From: Reclinomonas americana ATCC 50394
Lineage: Eukaryota
NCBI GenBank assembly: GCA_048213135.1
Contig: PS015052.1
Location: 38,413-94,556 of the forward strand
Reading direction: 5' to 3'
DNA: 56,144 bases
The position numbers and the translations under genes are program-made. Below the pieces are notes generated by a model, which was not told where the DNA came from, did not search any database, and was given only the letters and a program-made list of their open reading frames with translations. The first letter of the stretch is position 1. The number at the start of each line of letters is the position of its first letter. Below, one piece after another: positions 1 through 13,692 of this stretch.

Positions 1-434
1 TCTCTCTCTTCTCTTCTTCTCTCTTCTCTCTCTCTCCTCCTCTCTCTTCTCTCTCTCCTCCTCTCTCTCTCTCTCTCTCTGACTCCCTCTCTGTCTCTCT
101 CTCTCTCTCACCTATCAATATCCGGTGCGCCTTCACTATGAAACCGCTGCAAACAACAACAAAACAACAACAAAAGAGAGAGTAAACACACACATAATCG
201 GACCTGCTAAAACGACTAAGACAATCAACTCACCGGATCTGTGTGTGAGAGAGAGAGGCACATAGAATGTGAGTGAGCGCATGTGTGTGACTGAGAGAGT
301 GAGGGAGTGAGAGAGAACGCACCCATGCCTGTCGCTGTTTGAGGGAAATTAAATAACAGTCGTTACTCTGTTGGTCGGACTGGACGGTGGATTGCATACA
401 GGGCCCTTTCGAGGAGAGTGAAGGTCTTTTGTTG

Positions 435-643
<209 letters not shown>

Positions 644-1355
644 CGACGACGNNNNNNNNNNNNNNNNNNNNNNNNNNNNNNNNNNNNNNNNNNNNNNNNN
701 NNNNNNNNNNNNNNNNNNNNNNNNNNNNNNNNNNNNNNNNNNNNNNNNNNNNNNNNNNNNNNNNNNNNNNNNNNNNNNNNNNNNNNNNNNNNNNNNNNNN
801 NNNNNNNNNNNNNNNNNNNNNNNNNNNNNNNNNNNNNNNNNNNNNNNNNNNNNNNNNNNNNNNNNNNNNNNNNNNNNNNNNNNNNNNNNNNNNNNNNNNN
901 NNNNNNNNNNNNNNNNNNNNNNNNNNNNNNNNNNNNNNNNNNNNNNNNNNNNNNNNNNNNNNNNNNNNNNNNNNNNNNNNNNNNNNNNNNNNNNNNNNNN
1001 NNNNNNNNNNNNNNNNNNNNNNNNNNNNNNNNNNNNNNNNNNNNNNNNNNNNNNNNNNNNNNNNNNNNNNNNNNNNNNNNNNNNNNNNNNNNNNNNNNNN
1101 NNNNNNNNNNNNNNNNNNNNNNNNNNNNNNNNNNNNNNNNNNNNNNNNNNNNNNNNNNNNNNNNNNNNNNNNNNNNNNNNNNNNNNNNNNNNNNNNNNNN
1201 NNNNNNNNNNNNNNNNNNNNNNNNNNNNNNNNNNNNNNNNNNNNNNNNNNNNNNNNNNNNNNNNNNNNNNNNNNNNNNNNNNNTTGCCAGAGCTCAGTTA
1301 ATGCGCGATAGGAAAATGTCTAGCAATCAGCCTGTGTCTTCCTCGCTCCTTTTCC

Positions 1356-1817
1356 ACCCTCTCTTGCTCCCGTTCGACCCTCTCTTGTTCTCGTGCAACC
1401 CTCTCTTGCTCTCGTGCAAGCCTCGTGCAACCCTCTCATGCTCCCGTCGACCCTCTCTTGCTCTCGTGCAAACCCTGTCTTCCTCCCGTGCAATCCTCTC
1501 TTGCACTCGTGCAACCCTCTCATGCTCTCGTGCATTCTCTCTTCCTCCCGTGCAATCCTCTCATGTTGTCGTGCAACCCTCTCCTGTTCACGTTCGACCC
1601 TCTCTTGCTCTCGTGCAGCCCTTTCTTGCTCCCGTTCGACCCTCTCATGCTCCCGTCAACCCTCTCATGTTCCCGTTCGACCCTCTCATGCTCCCGTCAA
1701 CCCTCTCATGCTGTCGTACAACCCTCTCATGCTCCCGTCAACCCTCTCATGCTGTCTCGCGCAACCCTCTCTTGCTCCCGTTCGACCCTCTCTTGTTCTC
1801 CTGCAACTCTCTCTTGC
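1356..1817. repeat. Minisatellite, 20-21 bp unit (CCCTCTC[T/A]TGCTCCCGT[T]C[G/A]A and TCGTGCAA variants)
   Basis: About 20 degenerate head-to-tail copies with no unique spacers. Probably intronic, upstream of the acceptor at 2211. Confidence 0.9.
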
Positions 1818-2211
1818 CAGACTCAGTTACATGCAACAGGAAACGCTCTAGGAATCACTACACTGCAGTTTCATTCTGCCCCTCGCCTTCTGCATTCTGC
1901 CTTTCGCTTCTCCATCTCTCATCGCCTTTGACTCCTTTCTCTCTTTTGCTGTCAGCCCGCCCCCTTGACTCACGATCAGCACTGCCGCAACTTCTGCTGT
2001 CCTCCCTCCACATAACTTCATTCGACTTCATCCTTTCCCCTATTCCTCCCTTCGCTTCCCCCTTCCGTCTTCCCCCCTTCCCCCTTCCCCTTCCTTTCCC
2101 CCTTCCTTTCCCCCTTCCTTTCCCCCTTCCTTTCNNNNNNNNNNNNNNNNNNNNCCTCTGCCCTCCCTCTCCTCCCCCCCCCCCTCTCTCACCCTGTCCC
2201 CTCCTCTACAG

Positions 2212-5200
2212 CACGAGGTCGTCGCCGAGCTGCGCTCCGTTCGCGAGAGAATACAACAGGCGGACGAGGGGAGGCGCGTCAGTGGCCTCGGGACACCTCC
2301 ACGTCGTCCGGCACCCGCACCGCGTTCCAGTGGCGGCGGCAGCCAGTCCCGCCTTCTCGGCCGCAGCGATGACGATCTGCTGTCGTTCCTCGACGACGCG
2401 CTCGAGTGGACACCACCGCCACCACCACCACTGCGGCGGCGTGAGCGACACTCTCTCTCGCCCGGGAAGCGATCGGTTCACGCCGGTCGCCCGCAGCCGC
2501 AGCGGCCATTCCCCGCACCGACGGTGACGGTGACGGAGAGCGCGGATGACCATAATGAGCTGCGCCACTTGCAGGAGGCCTTGCAAGAGGTCGAAAAGGA
2601 TCGTGCATCCTGGGTGAGTCTTAACATTGCGAGCGTGAGCAAGAAGAGGCTCATGTGATTGCTGTGCAGCGGATGCGTGCCGAGGACGCCGAGCGCAAAC
2701 TGGAAAACCTCAACCAGTCGGTGCGCACCGCTCTTGCATTCAATTCTTGCACTCCGTCTTTTTCTTTTCTCACACTCCACCACAGCACTCGAAAATGACG
2801 GTACAGCTGCACGAATTGGAGGACGAACATGCTCGCATGCGCGGCGCGTATGAGGAGCAGATTCGACTGGCGTCGCGCTGGAAGTTGCAAGCGCTGCGCA
2901 ACAAGGAGGCAGAAGAGATTCGTGGCGAGCAAGGTGTGTGTACACGAGGGAGAAGGAAAACCAGAGGGGGGAGATACGCACGCTGTGTGGCATCTCTTTT
3001 GTCTTGTTCGCTGGTTCGTGATGTGGTATCGTTTCTGAGAAATAATGTGCCGTCAGTCAATCTTCACTGTCTCTTTCCCTCTGTCTTCCCTTCCTTTCCC
3101 TGTCTCTTCCCTGTCTTCCCCTCTCTCGTTCCCTCCTTTCCCCCCTTTTCTCCATTTCCTCCCCTTTCCCTCTCTTTCTCTCTCTCTTTCCCTCCCTCTC
3201 CCTCCCTTTTCCTCTCCCTTTCCCTCCCTTTCCCTCTCTTTCCCTCCCTTTCCCNNNNNNNNNNNNNNNNNNNNNNNNNNNNNNNNNNNNNNNNNNNNNN
3301 NNNNNNNNNNNNNNNNNNNNNNNNNNNNNNNNNNNNNNNNNNNNNNNNNNNNNNNNNNNNNNNNNNNNNNNNNNNNNNNNNNNNNNNNNNNNNNNNNNNN
3401 NNNNNNNNNNNNNNNNNNNNNNNNNNNNNNNNNNNNNNNNNNNNNNNNNNNNNNNNNNNNNNNNNNNNNNNNNNNNNNNNNNNNNNNNNNNNNNNNNNNN
3501 NNNNNNNNNNNNNNNNNNNNNNNNNNNNNNNNNNNNNNNNNNNNNNNNNNNNNNNNNNNNNNNNNNNNNNNNNNNNNNNNNNNNNNNNNNNNNNNNNNNN
3601 NNNNNNNNNNNNNNNNNNNNNNNNNNNNNNNNNNNNNNNNNNNNNNNNNNNNNNNNNNNNNNNNNNNNNNNNNNNNGGCACGGAGGGCGGCGACGACGGA
3701 AAAGCAAATGACTTGACGGACTCGAGCACCGAGGTCGGCGGCATGCCATACGAGACCGAGGTGAGAAGCGGGGCGGCTGGAGGCGACGACGCGTGTCGGT
3801 GGCGCTCCTTGATGTGCAACGACTGCAGACCCATGTAGTCGCGCACGGCGGCCAACTGATATTCGAGGTTGGAGATGCGATCGGCGTCCTCGTGTTGACG
3901 CAGACGGGCGGCCTCGGCAATGGCATCGCGTTCCTCGGCCAGTTGCTGGATGGTGCGCTGGAGATCGCGATTGCGTTCGGCCACCTCGCGGAGTTGCAAA
4001 TGTTCTTGTTCGATGCGGCGCTCGCGGTCCACCACTGAGAATAAGAGAAGTGAGAGAGGGAATTAGAGAGGGAAGGGGGAGGGAGAGAGAGGGAAAGAGA
4101 NNNNNNNNNNNNNNNNNNNNNNNNNNNNNNNNNNNNNNNNNNNNNNNNNNNNNNNNNNNNNNNNNNNNNNNNNNNNNNNNNNNNNNNNNNNNNNNNNNNN
4201 NNNNNNNNNNNNNNNNNNNNNNNNNNNNNNNNNNNNNNNNNNNNNNNNNNNNNNNNNNNNNNNNNNNNNNNNNNNNNNNNNNNNNNNNNNNNNNNNNNNN
4301 NNNNNNNNNNNNNNNNNNNNNNNNNNNNNNNNNNNNNNNNNNNNNNNNNNNNNNNNNNNNNNNNNNNNNNNNNNNNNNNNNNNNNNNNNNNNNNNNNNNN
4401 NNNNNNNNNNNNNNNNNNNNNNNNNNNNNNNNNNNNNNNNNNNNNNNNNNNNNNNNNNNNNNNNNNNNNNNNNNNNNNNNNNNNNNNNNNNNNNNNNNNN
4501 NNNNNNNNNNNNNNNNNNNNNNNNNNNNNNNNNNNNNNNNNNNNNNNNNNNNNNNNNNNNNNNNNNNNNNNNNNNNNNNNNNNNNNNNNNNNNNNNNNNN
4601 NNNNNNNNNNNNNNNNNNNNNNNNNNNNNNNNNNNNNNNNNNNNNNNNNNNNNNNNNNNNNNNNNNNNNNNNNNNNNNNNNNNNNNNNNNNNNNNNNNNN
4701 NNNNNNNNNNNNNNNNNNNNNNNNNNNNNNNNNNNNNNNNNNNNNNNNNNNNNNNNNNNNNNNNNNNNNNNNNNNNNNNNNNNNNNNNNNNNNNNNNNNN
4801 NNNNNNNNNNNNNNNNNNNNNNNNNNNNNNNNNNNNNNNNNNNNNNNNNNNNNNNNNNNNNNNNNNNNNNNNNNNNNNNNNNNNNNNNNNNNNNNNNNNN
4901 NNNNNNNNNNNNNNNNNNGCCACCGCCACTGCCGCCAACAGCGCAGTTGACGCCACCGACGCTGCCATTGCCGCGCAAGTCACCGCCAAAGCCGCCATTG
5001 TCGCAGGCGCACAGTGGTGAGTGGAGGAAGAAGAATGCGCCCACAATGACTACTCTTCTCACGTTTCTCCCTGTAGGTGCCTGGGACGCCGCCGCCGCCG
5101 CCTCCTCCACGCCTAGCCCCCGTCGCCTCGTGCCACCCGCGTCACCTGGTGACGCCGCCGCCGCGAACAATTCACGCCCGCCTCTGGTGCCGCGCCTTGC

Positions 5201-6116
5201 GCTCGGCGGAATGTCGCCACCCGCTGTGTCGGCCACCGGCGTCATCTCCCGTTCGGCGCCCACCTCTGCTCGCCGCACGTCCTCCTCGTCGCATCATGAC
5301 GTGCGACAGCAGAGTACGGTGTCTCCGCACACCGACATTTCCTCGTCGCTAGTGACCACTGACGTGGAGGACGACGACGACGACGATGACGATGACGGCA
5401 CAGGCATCGATGTGGACGACGATGCTGACGATCGTTCGCAAGCCCACGGATCGGAGCTGATGAGTGGAGCCAGCTCGCGAGCCGGCACAGTGCCGCCAGA
5501 ATCCATGACTGCCACCAGCAGTGTGGCGGGTGACACGGAAGAGCAGGATGAGGAACGCCATCATCCTCAACATCACCACCACCACCACCACCACCACCAC
5601 GCGCAGCAGCAGCAGCCACAATCGGCACAATCGGCACGCGATAGCGACGCAGACGAGTCGGAGCGCCGGCAGCGTGCTCGCATGTCGAAGCAGGCGGGAC
5701 CTTCTGATTCTGTCGGCACAAATGGAGCCACGCCGCCACCGCCGCCGCCGCCGAGCCGCACCCGGCATGTGCACATGAACGGGGTGGGCTCGTCGCCGCC
5801 TGCGCGACCACCACCTCGACCGGCAGTCGCGAATGGGCTGTCACCACCGACCAGGTTACCGCAACCGCCACCAGCGTCGTCGTCGCCCGAGGCACCATCG
5901 CACACGTCCAAGTCGATTGTCTCGGACCTGCTCAATATTTTCAGTCACATGGATGACGATGCGGTGTCGCCACTGTCGGCGCACTCGACGCGTGGCCACG
6001 AGCTGGCGGCTGAGGCGCTGCGTACCGACATTGACCAGTTGAAAACCAAGTTGCTCGACATGCAGCAGCGAGGCGAGGCCAAGATGAGATCGTTGCAGCG
6101 TGGTGGCGATGCTTGA
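2212..6116 (+). CDS. Uncharacterised coiled-coil + Pro/Ser/Asp/His low-complexity protein; 5'-partial, multi-exon
   Basis: GT-AG exons with compatible phases: 2212-2613, 2670-2720, 2786-2933, then 4034-3677 (on a flipped contig) continuing into 4919-5016, and 5077-6116 (TGA). Heptad-rich segments include LRHLQEALQEVEKDRASWRMRAEDAERKLENL and LREVAERNRDLQRTIQQLAEERD. No family recognised. Confidence 0.75.
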
Positions 6117-6220
6117 TGGAAGTGTAATTGTACGAGATACTTGACGAATCAGGGATGATGATGACATAAGACAAAAGTGCACGTGAGCAGCTGCATCATG
6201 GCAGCATCACCCTCGATGAC

Positions 6221-6361
6221 AACAACAATTCACTCACCAACCAACAAGCAACAGCTGTCTTGATGACCAAGTTCGACCGTATCCAAAACATCAACACAGA
6301 CACCAGTCTCGAGGCAGCAGCAGCAGGTTCCTTGTGTGTGTGTGTTCTCTCTCGGAGCTCC
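6221..6361. repeat. Dispersed ~140-bp repeat, copy A (copy B at ~23601-23742)
   Basis: Both loci share CTGTCTTGATGACCAAGTTC[G/A]ACCGTATCCAAAACATCAAC...CTCTCGGAGCTCC in the same orientation. Confidence 0.85.
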
Positions 6362-6643
6362 TTCACTCGACTCACTCCTCCTCCTGCGACAACAGCAATA
6401 GTCAACTGGATGAAGTGAAAGCTCACGAGCAGAGTCCATCCCTTACAACACAAAGCAGCTGCTCCAAGTGTCCCTCTTGATCCTATTCTTCGACACGCTC
6501 CATCGATCTCACAAAGAATTTGCATGTCCAGGGAAATCTCGTGCCCCCTCTCATGCGTTCTGCTGCCACAAGCACCGGTACAGGCATGCCATCGTCCATC
6601 CTCGGCAGTATCTTGATCGCCACGCCACCTTTTATTGATTGCT

Positions 6644-9600
6644 TTACACGTCCTCGTCATCGTCCTCGTCCTCCTCCTCTTCCTCTTCCTCTTCTTCCTC
6701 CTTCTCCTCCTCCTCCTCCTCTTCCTCTTCCTCTTTCTTCACCGCCTCCATTTTCACCGGTTTCTCGTCACCCAGCACTGCATCACGCTCGTCAGTGCTC
6801 ATGATGAAACGACACGCAACAACAGCAGCAGGTGCATCAAGATTGTTGGATTTCGAGCACTCACCGGCGCGCTCAATCTCCCCCTTCGATAGGCAGCCGT
6901 CTCGAAGCAGAGTGGCCAGCAGGCCTGGACAGTCGTGGAGCAGACGCATGGCCTGCTGGATATATGGCAGAAGAACACTTTGACGGACTCCCTTCCACAA
7001 CTTTGCTGATTCCTGCCACCCATGATATCGGAAGGTGAGTCAACATCATCAATATTCAAGAGCACAAACAGCTGTGCACATGCCTCACAGTAGCCGCAAT
7101 CGTCGATGACAATCATTGGTCTCTCGACAGCATCCAGCAGCGCAGCTCCTCGAAGACCGCTCTTCTGATGATTGCACACTCATGGAGCTTCAGTCATCAC
7201 CAGAACGTCACGATCGGAGGCGACACCGAAACAGCACAACGACGCTCACCTCGACGAAGTGGCTCACGCTCGCCAGCACGCCCTCAACTGACTTGGTCGT
7301 CCTGCTGCGTGCCATGCCGGCACTACTGGCAAGACTCGTGCCAAATGCGGACATGACAGCGGACGACGGACAGCCCGGTCCCTCCGACGGCAGTCCGCAG
7401 TCGTCACAGGCAAGCAGGAAGAGAAGGCGCTGATGATGGAGGACTGTGGATCCCATCACAGAGAGTGCCATGAGGCCGAATGCCTTCACCAGTATCTTCT
7501 TCCTGTTGCATGCCTGTTCGCATGTTAATTGGGTGAGTGGAAGAGAGTGAGGAGTTCACGATAGCATCAACGGTGACATGCAAGGAGATAACAACAACAC
7601 GCAACATGCAGTTTCGTCAGCATCAGTTGCTCGCTGACACTCAGCTTCGCAGGATCAACCATGCGGCGCTGTGAAACACAAGCCATGCAGTGTTGAGACG
7701 TACCTCATGCATTTCACTGAAGAGAGCGTCGGGCGTACCTTCTTTCCCTTCCCATCATCGTCCTCATTCTCACTTGCGTCAGCATGCTCCCTATCCTTCC
7801 CCTCCACCTCTTTCTTGAGAATCTCCATCTCCCTCAGAGCTGTCCATTGCTTGTTAGCACATCGTGCAGCAATGTACAGCAAAGAATGTCACGCAGCCAA
7901 ACCTCGTTCACTGCACCACTCGACGGCACGCTCCATATCTGCCTTCGAAAGACAACCGTCTCGAAGCAGAGTGGCCAGTAGGCCAGGACAATTGCGGAGA
8001 GCTTGCACGGCCTGTGTGACGAACAGCAGAAGAGCATTTGGAGGACCTCGCTTCGACAACTTTGCTGATTCCTGTCACCCGAGAAACGCGAACGTGAGAC
8101 AACATCTGCGGCGCACAACCATCGTCCACATGCCTCAGATTGACCACAATTGTCGATTGCAACCAGCGGTCTCTCGACAGCTTTCACCAATGCAGCTCCT
8201 CGAAGATCGCTCTTCTGATGATTGTCCACACGGGTCAGCCAGCAGGTAAGCCACCATCGATGTGAAACTGGAGCAACAAACTAACACTCACCTCGATGTA
8301 ATTGCTCACGCCCTCGAGCACGCCCTCAACTGACTTTGATGTAGTGCAGCGTGCCGTGTCGGCACTTTTGGAAAGACTCTTGCCGAATGCAGCCATGACA
8401 GCGGATGATGGGCAACCCGGTACCTCTGACGGTAATCCGCATTCGTCACAGGAAAGCTGGAAGAGAAGGCGCTGGTGGTGGAGGACGGTGGATCTCAGCA
8501 CCACGGGTGCCATGAGGCCGAATGCCTTCACCAGTATCCTCTTCCTGTTGCAGCCCTGCTCCCATGTGTGATGGGCAGACGCAAGTGAGGATTTCATGGG
8601 AACACTGTCGGTGACATGCAAGGAGATGACAGCAACACGCAACAAGCAGTTTCGTCAGCATCAGTTGGTCGTTGACGCTCAGCTTCGCAGGACCACTGTT
8701 GCGGCGCTGCAAACGCACACAATGAATTGTTTAGAACCTCACCTCTTGCACAGAACGCAGTGACGAATGTACCTTGTTCCTGCCATTCTCTCTCGAGTCG
8801 ACATCTTCATTCTCGCTGTCGTCATCATCCTCCTGCTCTTCCTCCCTCTTCTCCTCTTTCTTCCCCATCTCCATATCTCTCAGAGCTGGGCCAGATTGTC
8901 AGTAAGTGCACAAACAGTGCAGCAAACGACGGTCATGCAGCCAAACCTCGTTCACTGCACCACTCGGCGGCACGTACAATATCTGCCGCAGACAAACAGC
9001 CGTCTCGGAGCAGAGTGGCAAGCAGGCCAGAGCAGTTGTGGAGAGCATCCAAAGCCTGCGTCACGAACGGCAGCAGTCGCGTCTGCTTGTTGTGCTGCAT
9101 CCCTGGCAAAAGCGACGACTCCTGACATCCGAATTTCGGAACACAAATCGTGAGAAACGCCATTCAGCATGCATGATACACACAGCGGCAACAACCTCGG
9201 AACATCCTATTTCATCCACCACAACCAGAGGTCTCTCAATGGCATCCGCCAGAGCCGCATCGCACAGTTCACTCTCCTGCATAATGGCACATATGTTAGC
9301 GCTCACCATTGATAAAGTTGTGCAAGAAATGGTCGTTGCTCACCTCGACAAAGTTGCTCATCATCTGGAGCACTCCCTCAACTGACTTGGGCGTCTTGGC
9401 GCGCGCATTATTCACAAATTTGCTAAGACTCTTCCCGAATGAGCTCACCACTGCCGGCGAAAGACACCTTGCTTTCGATGCAGAGACACCACCGCATTCC
9501 TTGAAAGCGAGTTCAACAAGAAGTCGCTGATGATGGCGGACTTTGGATCCCATAACCATCGGAGCCATGATGCCAAACGACATCACCAGTATTTTCTTCT

Positions 9601-12552
9601 TGTTACAGCACTGCTCGCCCATGAATTACATGTATGGTGCAATGAGCATTCAATCAGCCACCAGACCATCGAAGAAACATGACTGCAAATACACGCAACA
9701 AGCAGCCTCGCCAGCATCAGTTGTTCGTCCCTGCTCATTGTCGCAGAACCACTCCCTCGTCGCTGTGGATGCGCACCATGAGATGCAGTCACAGTGTGCA
9801 CCCGCCCCACCATCCATGTCACACCTTGCTCCCGCCACCTTTGCCAATGTCGTTGTCCTCATCTTCCGCCCCGCTGACCCTCGAATCATCCTCCTCGATT
9901 TCCCTAATTTCTTCTAATTTCAGCACCTTCGCCGCCAGCAGAGCTGCATCTTGCTTCAGTCAAGATCCACACGGTTGAACGTACTCGATGCCATCAAACC
10001 TCTTACACTGCACCACTCGACAGCCCGTGCGATCTCCTCCTCGGAGAGACAGCCGTCTCGAATCAGCGACACTTGCAAGCCAGGACACTCACGTAGGGCC
10101 TGCGCGGCTTGGGCGATGAGCGGCAGGAGACGGTCGTTACCCTTCCCTTCTTTCTCTACAATCGTCCATGACTCCTAAAGCACGATTGACATCGTGAAAG
10201 TAGCATATGAGTCGCCACAAACCGAGAAACGCAAAGAGCACACTATTTGGAAAGTTGGCTTACCTCCGAATGGCCCCGTTCATCAACCACAATCAGTGGT
10301 CTCTCAACTGCATCCGCCAGAGCAGCACCACTAAGTTCACTCTTCTGTAGAGTTGCGATGTTGGCTCATGTTCCAATCACGTGAGGGGCAGCACAGACAG
10401 ATGCTCACCTCGATGAACTTGCTCATGCTCTGGAGCACTCCTTCAACGGACTTGGGCGTGTTGGTACGTGTATTGTTGACGGCCTTACCAAGACTCTTGC
10501 CGAACGAGTCCATGACTGCGGACGACGGGGAGCCAGCTCCTGACGAAGGGATGCCACACTCCTTGCATGTGAATTCAAACAGAACCCGCCGATGATGAAA
10601 GACTGCGGATGACTTCACAATCGGTGCCATGATGCCGAATGCCGTCACCAGTATCTTCTTCTTGTTGCACCGCTGTTCGCACACACACACGCGCCAGGTG
10701 TTATGGCAGGCAATCACGTGGTAGAGCGAAGCAATCTGCCTTGCTGAAGTGCACACGCAACTAACAGTCTGTCCAGCAGCATTCGCTCGGCCTTGCTGAG
10801 ATCTGCATCACATGAAAAGCGACCACGCTTGACGCGCTGAAAGATGCACAATCCATCAATCAACACAACTGCATCACCAACCAAACAAAAATTGGCATTT
10901 GTCGAACCTTTCTCGGCATCGATTCTTCTTCATCCCCGCTGGCTGCATCCACCTGTGAACACACAAGGCATTGATGTTTGACCAAGTCCGTGAACACACG
11001 TGCATATACACACAGCCTCTGTTGATCATGCACTGGCATACCTTGATGTCATCCTTTTCCACTTTGATGACATCATCCTCTCCGTCATTTTCCTCCTCCT
11101 TCTTCACCATCATCTTCACATCGCCAGAATCTGCGTGGTGCTGGTCAAACACCAGCGCAAGCAACACCAACAGCGGTATGAGATTGCAGACCTTTTGAAT
11201 GGCACCACGTGACGGCGCGTGCTATCTCGGCCTTAGAGAGGTGGCTGTCTCGAAGCAGAGCAGTCATGAGACCACCGCACTCGCGCATCGCTTTCATGGC
11301 CTGTGCGGCAAATGGCTGAAGATGATCTTTCTTGTTTTTGAATCCTGTTGGCAATCTCTCCCACGATCCCTGGGACATACAAGCCAAGTGAGCGAAGATC
11401 AGTAGACGTGATCACAGCAGATACAGGGGATCGCGAAAAACCCAACTCACCTCCGAATACCCGCGCTCATCCACCACAATGAGTGGTCTTTCGACAGCAT
11501 CCACCAGAGCCGCGCCACTGAGCTGGCTCATCTACAGAATGCAATCATTTACATCTTGGTTCACATTCCGCGATCGTCACAGCCGCACATACTTGCTCAC
11601 CTCGATGAAATTGCTAACGCTCTGGAGCACACCCTTCACGGACGTGGGCGTTGAGCTGCGTGAATAACTGGCAGTCTTAACGAGACTCTTGCCGAATGCA
11701 CACTTGACTGCAGAATACGTGCGACCCGGTGCCGACATTGAAATCCCGCAGTCGTCACAGGCCAGCTCAACGAGAACACTCTGATGGTGGATGACTGTGG
11801 ACCTTTGGACGATCGGTGCCATCAGGCCAAATGCCTTCACCAGAATCCTCTTCCGATTGCATCGCTGCGAGTGACACAAGAAGAATGGTGAGTGCATTGA
11901 GGAGAAGGTGGAGCGCTGGGTTGCAGAGATCATGCACACGCAACAAGCAGCCTGTTCAGCAGCAGCTTCTCGCCTGCGCTCAACTTCTCTGGCTCTTTCG
12001 CAGCTCGAGTCTTGCCACACTGCGAATCCACAGCATGCATCATTGACACAACGAACCCAAATGCAGATCCATCGATGAACAAGCACAACAATGTAAGCGA
12101 CAGAGAATCCACACCTTCTTCTTCTTAGGCGGTACAAGCTCGTCATCGCTGGGCGCGTCCACCTGCAGAGAACAAAGAACCATCAGGTGTCAACTGCCAT
12201 GCACGAGCAGGAGCAAGTGTGACGCATGCCTCAACGAAGCTCACCTCCAGAGAACGCTTGCGGGATGATGTCTCAACTGAGTCTCGTGCAAGCAAGTCCT
12301 CACTGTGATCCACCAGAGACGAGTCGACTCGCTGTCTCCTCGCACGTTGCTGTGCAATCATGTAAGAGAGAGAGAGAGAGAGGGAGAGAATTCAATGAGA
12401 GACAAGCTCATCTTGGGATGACAGACACAATCACAGTACCTCGACGATGCCATCCATCGCTGTGTATTCCATGTGCTCCTGGTGAGCAGCTGTGTGCATG
12501 CACCACCCAGGTGAGACATCACGTGACGCGAGAACACCAAATACTGCGACAG

Positions 12553-12602
<50 letters not shown>

Positions 12603-12627
12603 GCCACCTCGCTCAGTGCGTACTTCG
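6644..12627 (-). CDS. Five-module repeat protein, copy 1 (5' end lost in the gap at 12628-12647)
   Basis: Five tandem ~1.0-1.2 kb units with the same exon order, encoding CNxKxILVxAFGxMA..HHQ..CxxCG..FGKSL..TPKSVEGVL..NFIE / AVERPLIVVDERG / CPGL..LLRDGCLS..EIxRA / acidic linker. An upstream exon encodes PPKKKKK. TAA at 6644-6646 follows a poly-Glu tract. Confidence 0.8.
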
Positions 12628-12715
12628 NNNNNNNNNNNNNNNNNNNNCCGGAAGGGAAAGGGGGTGGGAAAGAGAAAGGGGGAAGGGAGGGGAAAGTTGG
12701 GATGAGAAATAAGGA

Positions 12716-13008
12716 GTACAGCGACAAGAGTGGAGCACAGGCGACAAGAGTGGAGCACCAGCGACAAGAGTGGAGCACAGCGACAGGGAGGAGCACCAGC
12801 GACAGGGAGGAGCACCAGCGACAAGAGTGGAGCACCAGCGACAAGAGTGGAGCACAGGCGACAAGAGTGGAGCACCGCGACAGAGTGGAGCACAGCGACA
12901 GAAGGAGCACCGCGACAGAGTGGAGCACAGCGACAGAAGGAGCACAGCGACAGAGTGGAGCACAGCGACAACAGGAGCATCAGCGACAGAGTGGAGCATC
13001 GCGACAGG
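12716..13008. repeat. Minisatellite, ~17-20 bp unit (GCGACAAGAGTGGAGCAC[C]A) in an SDR intron
   Basis: About 15 degenerate tandem copies read directly. Confidence 0.9.
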
Positions 13009-13059
13009 AAGAGAGAAGAGAACTGAAACGAGAGGTCCGCTATCGTTGACAAACGCAAC

Positions 13060-13692
13060 TTGACAACACGCCTCCAGTCGGCATACTTGAGATCGGCGAT
13101 GGCATCAATGTGCTGCACACCAGCATTGATCACTGCACATGACAACAGCATATGAATGAAACAGAAACGCATTTACGTGGTCGCTGCTGCTCACAAAGCA
13201 TCTCGTCACTGCTTGACACCAACTGATGCTCTGCTTTCACGAACTTCTGATTGCCCATTCTCCTTCTTCTTTCTGCTCATCATCAGTCTCTTCAACAACT
13301 CTCTACGTACTATGGCTTCCAATCTCACTTGCCGCTAATCCCGCACCTCAAACTCTCTTCCTTGCTCAGCTTGCCAACAGCTCATGCCACGACGCTTTCT
13401 ATGTCTGCTCAGCTGCTTTTTCCGAGTGCAGGTTGCATTCTCTCACCAATCGTATCCAGTCGCCCATACGTCTTCACCGTTGCATCCACCATCTCATTCA
13501 CCGCCTTCTCATCCGTCACATCCACCGCCACCGCCATGCCCTTCCCGCCAATGGCCGCCACCGTCGCTCGCGCCGTTTCCGCATTCAGATCGGCGCACAC
13601 TACACGCGCGCCGTCACGAGCATACCGCAACGCAATGCCGCGTCCGAGCCCAGAACCGGCGCCGGTAACCACGCACACCGTGTCCTTCAGTG
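13060..13692 (-). CDS. Classical short-chain dehydrogenase/reductase, D-3-hydroxybutyrate dehydrogenase (BdhA)-like; partial (two exons)
   Basis: Exons 13692-13447 and 13132-13060 splice in phase to LKDTVCVVTGAGSGLGRGIA...VVCADLN...VDVTDE...YGRLDTIVINAGVQHIDAIADLKYADW. This contains TGxxxGxG and a NAG motif followed by the BdhA-type QH. The start exon and the catalytic YxxxK half are not visible. Confidence 0.85.

Noticed and set aside
1356-1817. Minisatellite ORFs (also 12716-13008) as repeat proteins or CRISPR
   Set aside because: Head-to-tail units without spacers, open in several frames on both strands, and in probable intronic positions.
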